Below, in pieces: positions 1 to 15,000 of a stretch of 59,503 nt of DNA; the stretch's first letter is position 1; each line of letters opens with the position of its first letter. Below the pieces are notes generated by a model, which worked only from the letters and a program-made list of their open reading frames with translations, was not told where the DNA came from and did not search any database. The stretch comes from Lentisphaeria bacterium (GTDB lineage Bacteria > Verrucomicrobiota > Lentisphaeria > JABSQK01), in NCBI GenBank assembly GCA_013215875.1, contig JABSQK010000002.1, positions 1-59,503 on the forward strand, read 5' to 3'. The translations under genes and the position numbers were made by a program.

Positions 1-1
1 C

Positions 2-3000
2 AATATAGATTGTATCACTGCCGGAACCCGCATTAATCACCATGTCACTATTTGGGCCAAGGTCGGTGCTCATTACATAGACCGTATCATCGCCGGCACC
101 TGTAATAAGTGTCAAGCGTTCGATGTTGATCATCTCGCGAATTTTGAGACCGGCGCCGTATACACGCTGGACGACTTCGCCTTCATCATTTAGCTCGGCA
201 TAGACGAAGAAGACATCGCTCAAGGCTGTACCGACAATCGCAACCGAATCAAATCCTGTGCCGCCATCGATATCGACATTGGCATTTTCCATATAGATGA
301 TTGTATCAGAGTCTACTTCAGGAATACCTAGATCTGCACCTTCAGCAGCAGAGAAAATATTAGCTTGTTGAGACTCGAGTAATTGTGCTTCGCCTTCGTC
401 ATTCAATGTCAACAGTGCTTTGATAAAGAAGGTGTCATCGCCCTGATCACCATAGAGCTGAATATCTGCGGCATTGTGTGTCACTTCAAAGTAATCATCG
501 CCCTTGCCGCCATGAAATGCGGTATCTTGATAATTCACACCGTTGGTCACTTCAATCACAACGGTAATTTCACGGCCTTCGACTAGCACTGTTTCAGTGG
601 AAAGGATGCTACCGATATAGAATTCATCGTCGCCATCATCACCATAAAACTCAATCTTCATGGTTGTATCATCGGAGATAATTTTATCATCACCATCTTG
701 CGCATGGAAAGTAATTGCATCGATGGTGCTATAATTTAGAACCTGCAGGCCTTTATCATTGGGCACATCATAAGTGAAATTATCACGAATCAAATCGCTG
801 GATTCTATGGTGATAATATTTTCATTGATACTGAGAGAATCAAACAAGCCACTGTCAGTATTTAATTCGGCGAGGATACCAGCCGCGATATCGGCAATCT
901 CTGTATCTGCTTCCAGAACCGTATAGCTATATTCTTTATTATTAATTGCGAGTGTCCATACATCATTTTCTACAACTTTACCGCTGATTTCAACGAGCCA
1001 GTTATCGGTTGATATTGGCGCGGTAATATCGATCATGTTTACATTGTTTAATGATGTGACTGAAACATCCAAAAGAGCTTCAGCATCTTCGGCACTATTT
1101 ACATCGTAACCTTCGGCACCCGTTGTATGAGAAATAATTAATCCATCCTGATGAATCCCGTATTCTGTCCAACGGCTATTGGAAAAATCATTGCCATAAT
1201 CCCAGGCACGGTCATATGCCGTATCGAATTGAATAATGTCGCTGACATCTGCATCATCGCTACCAAGGTATTGAAGTGAATCAATGCCCACACCATTATT
1301 TGTATAGTTGTCTGACGGATCGTGTCCTTCGCCACCACCGACAATGTAGAGCTTGCCAAGTGATTCTGGATTTTGTACAAAGGTGAAGTCATCGCCGGAA
1401 TCTGCACCACCAATAAGTGTTACGACACCATTTTCGTCGAGTTGGCTTACGCCATTTATCAAGAACGTATCAACATCTTCTCCACCATAAACATCAACTT
1501 GTCCGGATGTAGCATCAATATTAAATGTATCATAATTAGCACCAGCATGAATGGTCGTATAGTCTGCTGACAAGCCATCAATCGTGATAAAATCAATACC
1601 GTCGCCATAAGTCAAATTGAGTGCATTGGCATTTTCATAATTAATGGCGATTTGTGTTGGTCCATTATCATTATAATTATGGGTGATTGTGTGAGTGTCT
1701 GAAGCATCATCATAATCAATGGTGCGTGCCACAGCATAGAGCGCAAAGTCATCGGCAATTAATTTCTGCTGATAGGCCAGAGAGCCTGGTGTGGAATCAT
1801 CACCATTTATGATGGCATCGGATTCCACATCGTAATAACTGGTCGCTTTCAAATTTTCAGCGCGGATCAAAGCAATTTTTGCTTTCAATAAATCAATACT
1901 TGCCGCAGCAGCACTTGCATCGGTTTCATCGAAACTCGCTGGTACGGTTAAGCTGCCATCAGATGCGATTGTCGAGAGCTGAGCCATAGTCATCTGCACA
2001 TCTGCTGCACCCGATTGGGTAATCGCTGCATGCAGATCATATATAGCATCTGTACCATTATAATAAATTGCGTAGAATGTTTCTGCATTGGCATAGAGCT
2101 CATCATAAAAGCTTTGCAGTTCATCTTGGAGATCGGTTAATTCACTACCTGTGCTGATATCTATTTCAGATTGAATACCACTAATCTGACTTTGCAAAGT
2201 TTCTATTTCTCCAAAGACCTGGGCCTGAGCATTGTTGATATCTGTAATGGTCTCATCATAGTCTACCACCAGATCGATCAATGCCTGTAATTGATCCTGG
2301 TTGGCTGCAATTGCAGCTTCATATGTCGTGAGATCGCCAGCACCGAAGTAATAGCCATTGTTGCTATCATCCACATTTAATGTGTCGATCCCTTTTATTA
2401 AAAGTATGTCGACATCATCACCAGATGCTGCAAGTTCGGCGCTGTATGCTGGCGCTTGATGATTGCGCAGCAAGTTTTGAAGCTTAGCGGCGATGACCTG
2501 ACGGGTTTCATTGCCGGTCGTTATGTAGGTATATTCAATGCCATCAATGGTCACTTCCCAAAGTTCATTCGCATCGATGGTCGTACCCGAATTGTTTCGG
2601 CTTACGGCATAGGTGCTTGTTGTCGCTATGTCACCATAATTATCATAGACCTCAATTGAGTCATCCTCTTTTACATAAGCCTTGTAGCGTTGGCCATTAA
2701 TTTTACTTTTAAAGGCGCCCAGAATATGTGCCAGTGTATCGCCTAAGGCAACCACATAAATAAATGCCGTGGTGCCATCCAATTCAAGGTTCCAAATGTC
2801 GCCGATAGACACTGCCATCGCGCCGAGATCCAATTCACTTGCATCACCTGAAACTGTTAGGGCAAGTCCCTGGTCAGCAGAATTTATTTCCAGAACCGCG
2901 CTACTGAGAACTTGCAAGCTGCCCATATCAACATTTACGATACCATCGATATTTGTGGTATCGCCTGCATTGCCAAAGTTCACCGTATCGGCAGATTCAT

Positions 3001-6000
3001 TGGTATTGATATTTGTTGTATTCGCATGCGTGCTTAGAACGGTGAGCGTATCCTGGCCATAGCCAAGACTCAAGTTTAATTCTTCAACATTGTCATATAC
3101 CACGGTCGATAACATACTGTTACTATCGAAGGTCGTGTTTGTCAGTTCATGTGACTGCAAGCCAATTTCACCGGCGGCAATAATATTAACAGTATCGGTT
3201 CCGCTACCAAGATAAAGCGTCAAAAGGTCAGACGCATTTGTACCGATGTCATCTAACTTGTATGAGCTGTTATGAATATTTACCGTATCATTGCCATTCA
3301 ATGTATAAAGATTTGTGATAATCGAAACACCATGAATGTTGACTGTATCGTCATACTCAGAGAGATAGAAATTCAATGTTTCTACAGTTTCATCATAGTT
3401 GATATTTCCACTCATTCCAAAACCTGAAATCTGTCCTTGCGACATGACACCAGTAAGTCCGATAGACGAGTAGCGTGCATCTACATTGAGTATATCCGTA
3501 TTGCTGTTGCCAATGATATTTATATCTGCAGTCATCGCTGTCAGATCGTAACTGTTGCCAACACTTCCTATATTAATCGTGTCATTTTCTGAGCCGGTAT
3601 TAATATTCAATACGGAACTTGATTGCCAAATATTGAGAGTATCGTTGCCGCCTTCAGTATTTATAGTAACTGTTCCTGCAGTCGCGCTATTCTTAAGTGT
3701 CAGTACGTCATTCGCTGCGCCACTATCGACATCTACAGTTCCAACAGTTCCTGATAAGGTGAGATCATATGTATCAACGCCACTGCCGCTGCTAATATCA
3801 ATATTGCCAATTTCATCTGATGAATCAATAACGATGTCGTTAATGCCATCACCCATGCTTACATTCAGGTAGCCAGCCTCACCGGTATTTGTCAGTGTAA
3901 AATCATCATTACCAGTTCCTGTAACAATATCAATATTACCAATTTCTGCAGAGGAATTAATATCGATGTCGTTGGTGCCGCTTCCCAGATTTGCATTCAG
4001 ATAGCCAACAGTTCCTGTGTTGATCAAAGTCAGATCGTCATTACCTGTACCTGTAACAATATCAATATTGCCAATTACATTCGAGGAATTGATATCGATG
4101 TCGTTGGTGCCATTACCCATATTTGCATTCAGATAGCCAGCAGTTCCCGTGTTGATCAAATCCAGAACGTCATTCGCACCGCCAGAAACAATATCGATAT
4201 TGCCAATCGATCCTGCTAAGGTGACGTTATAGGTATCGACGCCACTACCACCGGTAATATCAATATCGCCAATCGTGTCGTTTGAATCTAGGTTTATGGT
4301 CTGTGTACCATCACCAAGGTCTGCAGTCAAGTTGCCAATGGTGCCGATATTGGTCAAGTCTAAATTATTGGTCGCAGATCCAGCTGTAATCGTGATGTCG
4401 CCTACTTCTTTAGTCACATCAATAAGGAATGAATCTGCACCATTTCCTGCGAATATGGTAATATTTGCAGCGATACGTTCAGCCGTAGTTGCAGTTTCTT
4501 CAATGGTAAACTGGTCTGCACCATCACCACTGTAGACAATGAGGTTTGATATATCTGCATCTGCATTTATATCAAAAATATCTGCACCATTGCCTGTACT
4601 AACGGTAATTGTATCAAGCCCAAATGCATCGAGAATTGTTATGTCATCTACAGTTGTGGGTGAGGCAAATTCATTGATGCTGTAATCCGCATTTTCAATG
4701 CTGGCAAAATAAATACCATTTTCATTTGCGCCTGTAATCGCATCAAGAGTGATTTCATAATTGTCAGTACTTCCAGTTACATAGCTACTTAAAACAGTAA
4801 TCTCTGAATCAACAATTTTATTCAGACTGACATAGTATGGCAGATAGAAGCCAGCCGTATCCTGTAATGCTTTTATATCGATTACAGCTTCTTCCTGGTC
4901 ACCGGCTTTTTCGACAATAATCAATCCGTCGATAATTGGTGCTTTTATATCTGTACGCAGAACCTGACTCAAGCCTTCGACGACCAGTCTAGTGACATTT
5001 TCATCGGTGAATTCAAGCACTGCTAATTCACTATTTTTTGCAGTATCGATAAGACCTTCAGCTTCTAATTGGTTGAGATAATCTGTCCAGTTTTCGGCAC
5101 TTAGATAAACACCACCATCGAGCTCTGAACTACCTGCAACAACAGCAGGGCCAGCAGTATTGTCCGTATCATTTAAGCGACGAACAGCAACAGATTCCAA
5201 CATCTTATCGCCGTTGGCATCCACACCATAGTACGAATACGTGTAGTACGCTTTATTATAATTATCGATCTCGGCGACATAATCTTTTACGCCTTCAATT
5301 TCATTTAGTATGGATCCGTCGAGCTCTCCGATTGTGCCCTCGATGCCATCCACATTATAAGCGATTTGCAATAATGCCTGTGTGCCGCGTTCGTTGTCGA
5401 GATCATTGTCTCGCAGATCTTCAATATCTAAGCTGGCATAATCTTGGCCGAAAAGTTCACGCCCACTGTATATACCAGATTTATTATTCCAGGTTTGCGC
5501 TTCATCATAGGTCGCAGTGTCCCAGATTTCCTGGGTATATTTATAGGTCGTCGTACGATTGTTGACAATGATGTCTGTTTGGCTATAAACCTTCAGTGCT
5601 GAATCCGTCGACAAGTCATAGTTTACTTGCAAGCCTTCTTTCACAGAAACTAGTGTAAGAAAAGCTTCCAGGTCGAGCAGCGATGTTTCCAGAGAACTGG
5701 CTCCACCGATGCCATCGAGAATTAAATTGGCAAGAATCGAATCGTTCTGCAATGCATCCAATGCATCAAGTGAGAACGATGCTGTACTGGAATATTCCAG
5801 ACCGAGTAACTCATAACCTTTAGAAAGGAAATCTGTCACTGCTTGTTTGTACTCGACATCTTCAGGTTCTGCAAGTGCTGCCAGTCCATCAAGGGCACTC
5901 GCTAAATTATCGAGCTCCTCTTCAAGGGTGCGGCGTTCAGATACGACTTCTTCATCGATGGAAATAGTTACCGTATGTGAGGCAATATCATTATTTTCCA

Positions 6001-9000
6001 TTTGGTCGAGTAAGCCAAAATCAAGGTACTTATTGTCGCGCGACAAGGCACTTTGAACATCTTCGTGAGAGATGCCTGTTCCGCTCAGGTCCAATTGGCC
6101 AGTATCAAATATATAGTCCGCAAGGTTCACTGTCTGTGTGCCAATAACAATTGACGCACCACCAGCAATCTCCGCATTTACTTCAACTGAGTCATTGCCA
6201 CTACCACCACCAATACGAATCACACCCTTGATACGATTAAGGTCGTAATTTTCAGGAAGGATTTTTTCGACTATGCGTTCGGGTAAGTCATCGAAACGAT
6301 AAGCGGCGGCATCTTCATAGGTTTGGGCGCTATAGTTTACTTCGTAATTTACCAGTTCATTTTGCTCGGCATTCACTTCATAAAACATGGAGATCAAGTC
6401 CCAGAACATATCAGCACCAGCACCAGCACTGTATCCATGTGGGTGGATGCCATCGCTCTCACCATGGATATGCGCCATTCGTGATCCAGAGACATTGAGC
6501 TCCGCAGTATACATGTCTGTAAGATACAGATCCATGTCGTAGCCCCATGGGGACGTATCGATTTCTTCAGCACCTTGTATATAGTTTGAGCTTTCCTGTA
6601 TCTGGTCACCGTGCAGGAAGTCACCCCAGTTTGTGCGCGTAACAACCCAGCTTAAATATTCATTATAAAGGACCTTGTCTACAGTACGGTTCTTGGCATA
6701 AAGATTATCAGCAGGAATAATTGCTTTCAAGGTTTCCAGATTAATCGTATCGGGTAAAACGGGTGTTGGGTTTGACGGAAAATTGCGTTCCCAGTCTGCC
6801 TCACCATGATCAATGTAAGACCCATAAAGACTTTCATTGATATCGTAATTTCCGTTTTCGTTTTGATCAATCCAGTTTGCGTCCAGCAATGCATCCTCAA
6901 GGTCATCCAAGCCATAGGCATAATCCCTCGGAGTAGAACCCCAAGTATGGTAATGCGGCGCTGCCCAGTAACCAGTTCCATGAGATTCCAGGGTTTGCAG
7001 ATACGTACCATGCACAGGATTTTCGTAAGCAAATTCCACACCTTGGGCAAAGAGTTTAAGGGCTGTGGAAAAGTTCGCCTCCAACAAGCGCCAATATCGA
7101 TCTGTTGCACTACTGGTGATGTTTAATTGATCTAAAAGTTCTGTACCAACCCAGCGTTCATAGAATGCTTTAAAGGCATCTGCATTGTATGCCTTTTTCT
7201 GCAAGATTACATCGTTGTAGGTCCAGTCCTGGCTATCAACAACATCTTCTAGAAGCAATTGCTCCACCGTATAAATCGCATTCGATTCGGGATATTTCAC
7301 TTCAAATGTTTTTTGCTCTCCACCAAGAATTACCGTGTCATCACCGGAGCCCATATTGATCAACAGGTTAAGGTCCTTGCTCAATCCATAAATATAAACA
7401 GTGTCAGCACCGGCACCAGTAATCAGTGCGAGGCGTTCGATATCGACAATCTTTTCAAGCTTTAGCCCGGCACCATATAAATACTGTTGGTCATCATTGT
7501 CTGTGAAGATATAGAATTCGTCGTCCAGTGCTGTACCGGCTACGACCAGTGTATCAAAACCGGATCCGCCATAAATTTCAACACGATTATTTTGCACATA
7601 ATCAATCAAGGCATCGTCATCTGTTGATTCTATATTTCCTTCTTCGTCTCCCGCACCAGCAATAATATCACCACCGTCGACCTCTTCACCCGTTTCTTGT
7701 AGTTGTGCTTTGAGGAAGAACATATCATCGCCGGATTCACCGAAGAGACGTAATACACCTACATTGTGATTCACTTCAAAGTAGTCATCACCACTGCCAC
7801 CATAGAAATCACCATTGTAACTAACACCCGCAGTAACACCCTCAAGGCCATCAATTACTTCAATGAATCTGCCATCAATCTCTACAGATTTTGTGGCAAT
7901 TACACGACCAATAATAAAGTTGTCTGCGCCGCCATCACCGTAGACTTTTGTTGCCGCCATACTATCATCTGAAATGAATGTATCATTTCCACCACCACCG
8001 TGGATTTCGACATTTTCAACTGTGCGATCATAATAGATACGTTGGAAATCTGTCGGGTTGGAAAGCGATGCAGATAAGCGAGTTGTGGCTGCAGCATCGG
8101 CAATATCCGCCGGTCCATTTACCAACTGTTCATTGGATGTATTTTCGGTCTCTAATTCAAAGAAGTTTTCTTTATTATCGATATCTGCATCGAGCAATTC
8201 AACGCGCCATGGATTTCGGCTTGTTCCCAGGCCTGTGACAGTTACATCGCCAATTGTTGATAGATTCTCAAGTGCTGTTTCGATCTCACTTGCATTAATA
8301 TCAACTATCGAAAGGTCAGTCGATGCAGTTGTTTGAGTAAATACTTCTGCTGTAGTCTCTCCATTATATGACAATTGGAAAGTTCCGCTTTGCCCGGCAA
8401 ATAAATTAAACAGCTGAATTTCATTTATGGCATTTTCGAAGAAATCATCCAGGACGGGCTTACTATCCAATAGGCCTTCCACGAGATCTGATTTAACGCG
8501 CTCAACATACGCACGCTCAACAGCTGCTTTGGCAATTCCCTCATCCGAACTGATGAGCTTAAAGAATTTATCTTCAGCATTTTTATTCTCAGCATTTGCA
8601 GAAAGGAATTCAACCAGCCATGGGTCTTCGTCTGTGCCAGTTCCGGTGACTTCTACATCCAAGCCTGCAAGAGCCGCTTCAAGTTTTGCTTCTATATCAT
8701 CGGCTTCATCACCATCTACGATATCTGCGGTTTCTGCACCATCGTAGGTTAATGTAAAGTTTGCTGTTGTGAGGCGTTCGATAATTTGGCGGCTGGTATC
8801 CACATCGAGATGCATGGTATCTGCAGAATCATCTGCGCCCCAGATCTCAATCGTATCATTGTCTGTTGAACCGGTACCACTATCGACTACTGCTACGAGT
8901 GAGGCACCAACGATCGCTCCGCTCAAAGTCATCACATAAGTATCGCTACCCTCTGTACCGTCAAAAATTCCGCCCTTGGTAAAGTTGTTTATAGCAAAAT

Positions 9001-12000
9001 TATTTGCCGACGCACCACCATAGAGCAGGAAGTTTTCAAATAAGGACATGGTCGTTTCCAACTCTTCAATGGAAACCATCAACTCGGCATCGAGCGGATC
9101 CTCTTCTTCGCCCGCAACAAGTAAATCTGTATCCGACAAACTAAAGTTCAGGGCGCGCGCTTCAATTAATGTATCGAAACCACTGGTATCGCTAAAGGTA
9201 TCTACACCTGCACCACCGGTAATTATATCATTATCAGTACCACCGATAATTGTATCAGCATAGCCTGTACCAACGATTCTGTCATTGCCAGCGCCACCGA
9301 TCAATGTGAGATTATCAACCGCTCGGGCAGTCAGAATTTGCGACCCTTCTATTTCTGTAGAATTAGGAATGTAGCCGGCAATAATTCGGTCATCACCATC
9401 GGCACCATCAACTGCAACCACATCATAAATAATCGATTCGTTCAAACCAACTAAATCGATACCATGTATGGTAATAAACATTGTACGCTCTTCGGGATCA
9501 GTAGAGACTTCACCATCGACTAAACGCTGATGACTGACCTGAACTGTATCTGACTGACGTGATAAGATAGGATTTTCTTCTTCATCGACTTCACCTTCAT
9601 CGAGGTACTGATGGCCGACGAGGAAATAATCACCCAGGTCTCCACCGGTAACTGTTACACTGTCTTGAGTTTTATCATTTTCCCAGGTCGGATCTTCAAA
9701 CCAATCTGTCTCACCTGTTCTCTCAACTGAGCCATCACCATCTAGGTCGGCCCATACGTCTTTCTCAATCATGCGTGGAAGATTGCGCTCAATGGTACGG
9801 TATGCACTAATATAAAGGTCGGCACCCGCTGACTCATCGAGTCCAAATACAGCATGGTCATCTTCGCTGTCTACCAATACTTCATAACCACTGTCACCAA
9901 TCTGCTCAACAACTCGCATTGCAGAAGATGTTGATTCAAAAAGCACATCAAATGTTTCAAATTCATATTCAATTACAACGGGTAGCGATGGATTATAATT
10001 TTCCAGGAAAATAACTAACGGATCATTGCCAATACCACCTGTTACGGAGATATCTGCACCATTAAACCAAATATCCAATGCAGTTTCAATGTCGGCAGCA
10101 TTAACATTCGCTTCCTTGTCTGGATCAAAATCGACATGCTCAGTCAAGCTATTGTACATCAGTGTTACGCCGGTAATACCTTGTGGCAATTGCAGATATG
10201 CACTCGTTAATACATCTGCGACTGCAGCTGTTACGCCGCCACCACTATCAAATAAAAATACTGAAATATTAGAATTACCAAAGTCAAAGTAATAATTCCC
10301 GTCACCCTGGGTGATTGTCACATCACTGGCAAAGGCATTATCTATTTTTGTTTTAAGTGCGCCAAGACTAGCAATGTCTCCCGCTGCCAATGTTGTATCA
10401 AATCCCTCAAAGTAAAGAACTGTACCAGCAGCAATGTCTGATTGATCAATTGCCTGGTATGTAAGATCATCCACCTCAATTAAGTTCAGTTCGCGCTGCA
10501 TAAGCTGTATGCTGATAATTTGTTGCATAGCATAGGGACTCTCACCATCAAGATCTGCATCAATTAGAGCGATGATCCATGGCTCAGCCACTGTACCAGA
10601 ACCGGCAATCGAAACCTCTCTAATTGAGTCCATTGATTCGAGTGCGTTGCTTAATTCAGTGCGGCTCATGCCAAAACCGATTTCAACACTATCGCCAGCA
10701 TATCGAAGTTCCATATTCTCCATCCACTCATCAAGTGCTAGAGTAAAGCTGCCATCATTGCCCGTATAACCTTGGCGAACCACATCACTGGAAGCTGTTT
10801 GAATATAAGACCCTTGCGCATAGCGCTCTCCAGAAATTTCGGCAAATTCACCATCTACCAGGTCTGCTTCGATGATAACGATATGCCATGTTCCAGAACC
10901 TGTGACTATTACTTCGTTTATCTCCTGCAATGATTCCAGGGCCGTCTTTATGTCGGCAGCAGTTATACTTCCTGTGTAATTTACATCGACTCCGGAGTCA
11001 CCATAAAAAATTGTTATTGGCTCAGCTGCGACTAAATCTTGTATACCATTTAAATTTGAAAGTACTGTGGCCGTTTTATCAAAAAGCGTTGATGGCTCTT
11101 CGATATCTGCGATGACCATTTGTGTCCAGTTGCCTAAACCACCCTCTTTTAGAGTCAAAGTCACTACCCATGGAGTACCTTCTGTACCGCTACCGGTAAC
11201 GCTGACATCACTGTCTACTGTGATGCTCTCAAACTGTTCAATTGCTGTTTGCAATTGCCCCGTAGTCATACTGCCATTTATAGTGATGCTATCCTGGCCA
11301 TACCATAATAGTGCATCGGTTTCGTTCAAAAAGAAAGTCTGCACATCATTGACGAGTTGGCTTTCACCATCCAATGTCGAGCCGCTATTATCTGACCAAC
11401 GCTGTGAACCGACTTGGTTTGTTACTGTATACTCCAACTCAAAGTATTCACCAAAGCCATCATCATCGGCACTGAGAATTACAACGGTCCATGGTTCGCT
11501 GGAATTAGCGCCGGTAAAGACTTCTACATCCACAATTCCGGCGATGTTTTTCAAGGCTGTTTCCAGTTGCGCCACACGGTCCATCTCTGCTTCAGAGCTC
11601 AAGTCAAATGTAACTGAGCCGTTTGCGCCATTGTAGCTAAAATCAATGTTTGTTGCATTGTATGGAATCACCAAAGATTGTCTGCTATTTAATATCGCTG
11701 CGGCATCTTCAATCGCTGCATCTGATGTGCGGGTAATCACAAGGTTTGTAGCAAGTGCTGATCCACCCATGACAAATTCAAATAGTTCCGTTGGGCTGGT
11801 TCCTGAAAGATCAATCAACCAGGGATCACTCGTCGTTCCTGATCCACTGACCGTGGCAGTTAAAGACAAGAGACTTGAGAGACGCGATTGCAATTCTCCG
11901 GCTGTCGTTGTAGAATCAATAGCCACACCATTATTGCCATACCAAAGGATACCGTCTGTGGCAGTGGAAGGTAATGAAATAAGCTGAAAGTCGAGACTGC

Positions 12001-15000
12001 TTACTGCTTCAATATCGTCAGAGATATCGACCAGATTGGCGCTGCCATCATTATTAAACAAGTACTCAGCAGAATCATCCTGCACACGATAGAACTTATC
12101 ATAGACCCGAACATCATCGCGCTCAATCAGTGTACCAACAAAGTTCTGGTAATAATAGTGTGTCGCCAACTGTCGATAGACATTGCCCACGTCTGTAGTG
12201 GCATCGTGAAAAGTGACAATCCAAGGTTCAGCAGCTGTTCCACTACCGGTAACTGTTACATCAACAATTGCCCCTATAGATGTTTCCAAAGCTGTTTCCA
12301 CTTCGGCGGCACTCATACTTGAATTTAATTCTACGCTATTCGAACCCGTCCGCGCGTTATCGACAACTTCATCATCATAGCCGTAATAAACAGTGACGAT
12401 ATCCAAGCCATCGGCCAGGTAAATTTCTTGCACACTTTGGTCTACATAAGCACCGTCTATTTCCGATTCAGTATCTACAGAAATCAGCTCGGGACTTGCA
12501 TCTTCATTAAACAGGTAGCGGCCGCCATCTTGAATGTCATAACGGTAAAAATATTGAGCCGTCCGTACATCCGGATCGCCATCAAATGCTGTAAAGCTTA
12601 AAGAATAAACCTGCTGGTCTTTCTCCTGGTCATATTGCACCTGCCACATCGTTGCTTTTGCAGTTCCAAGAACAACATCGACATTTTGAATAGTCGTATC
12701 GAGCAAATCACCAATGATGAGTTCATCGCCTAAACTACCAAGATCGATCTTAAGCTCTTCAACTAAATCCAGATTTAGTGAGTCATCATTAATTGTGAAT
12801 GTAGCAGCAGTTCCAGAACCCGAATACTCCACACTAACTACATCGACACTGTCATTATTCGGATCGACAGTTACATCAAGAATATCATCACCAGCGCCAC
12901 CGGATATATCGAGGGTTTCGCCATATGGAATATTGGAATATATCCATTGGATGAGGTCATCTCCGCCGCCACCATCAGCAACTACCGAGCCTGTACCCGC
13001 ATCGATAATGTCATCGCCCTCTTCTCCGTATAACTCATTCGTACCGCCATTGCCAAAAATCTTATCAAAGCCATAGCCACCATATATGACATCATCGCCA
13101 TCAAAAGTTTCTTCATCGGAATCGTCACCAACAAGGAAGTCACCATGATGATTACGCAAGACAATATTCACACCATTCAGGTCAATTAAATCCGCTCTAT
13201 GTGTGCCGCCTGATTCAACTTTCAGATATAAACCAGTATCGCCATCAAGCACATATAAACCACTCCCATCGACTGTCATTGTTACCGGTAAGCCAATCTC
13301 ATTATAAAAAGCGTAGGCACTACCATCGGGCTGATAAATTTCTGAATTGCGTTTTTCACCATCTCTATTTAAGTAAAGAGAAATGCTGTACTCATCGCCA
13401 CCGTCTAAATAATCATCGCCAATTCCACCATAGATTACATCAAATCCACTTTCAGCATTATTACCGATACCACCAAATAAGCGATCACTACCAGCACCGC
13501 CCATCAAGATATCATCGCCTGTTCCGCCAAAGAATGTCAATCCAGAATAGACATAGTTTTGGCCCGATGTTTTTAAACGGTCATCACCAGCATCACCATA
13601 AATTCTGTAGCTGTCATCTGCAGCCGCGGCTAGCATGCTTGTATCAATCATAAAATAGTCATTGCCGCTACCCAGGTTGATATCCAAGCTTGTCAATAAT
13701 GCAGCTTCATCATCGCCAGTAAATGTAATGATATCATCGCCGCCTCTCAAATCTCCGGTGATCGCACTCACGGCTGCATTAATTCGTTTGAATGTATAAC
13801 GGTCGAGTTTACTACTACCATTGATGTCGATAGAATTTACATCTCTGGCCAGGAATATTTCCATGCGAAGACCGGTTGAAACAATCACAACTTCTTCATC
13901 CGGGTAAGAATCGCGCCAGCCTGCAAGCATGTCGCGCAAGGTTACTTCTTCTCCGCTGGTATAATATTCCGTATCGATACGGCCATTTACGACCATGCTT
14001 TCGAGAGTCAAGTCACTATCAATTGTAACTGCTTCGATATTAAGATTTGTTCCATGGTCACCACTGGAGATATCTGCTATTGTCAGAACGCCACCACTAA
14101 GGTTTGCTAATTCTTCTTCAGAATCAAGCACACATTCCCAGTCAAATTCAACAATCGTTTCATCGATAAAGCGTTCTTCTGCTTCAAAGAGAGTGATTTC
14201 ACTAAATCCAAGATCGATCCCGATCCATAAGAATGCTTCGAGGAAGACGTTTAGCTCACCATGCACATCAAACAAACACTCCGGCCCTTGACCAATGCGT
14301 TCGAAAAGTTCCGAACCATAAAGTTTGCCATCGCCTATCGGCAAATCATTTTCGAAGGCGGTTTCTTTGTCATTCAAATCAAATTCGATTATCGCTTCGA
14401 TACCACCGCGAACACCCGCTTCAACAAGACCACCGATTCCGAGAGATGCAGATACACCTACTGCTGCTCTAAAGCCGACTTCCGGTTCATCTTCGGGGGT
14501 ATTTTCACGGCCATGATCATCCAGATACAGTCCATTTATTAAACGCCAGCTTTCCGCTAGATCAAAATCTGTTTCCATCCATTGGCGCAAGCCACGGGTA
14601 TCGTAGCCAAAATCAAAATTAGTATAGGCGCTTATTTCACCAAAGAATCCGGCATTCAATCCAGGGAAAACCATATAGGATTGGCTGTATTCGAAGTCGA
14701 GATCCAAATCAGGCAAGTCATAATAAAATAGATCCACTTCGCCACGGCCTAATACAAAATCAAGCAATGTTGCTGGATCTTCAAGAACTGGAATGCTCCA
14801 GCGCTTTTCAGATGTGCCACTTGTTCTGCTGCTGGTACTTTTTCCATCCAAACCTTCCTGGTCTGGTCCGGCAATTGTTTCTGCATGACTGCCCATTTGG
14901 GCGGTGCGTTGGGAATCGCTTGTGGCGCCTGCCAAATCAGCATCGGACGATTCCGCATCGGGGTCGGTTGCGAAACTTTCTGTTAAATTAAATGTACCAA

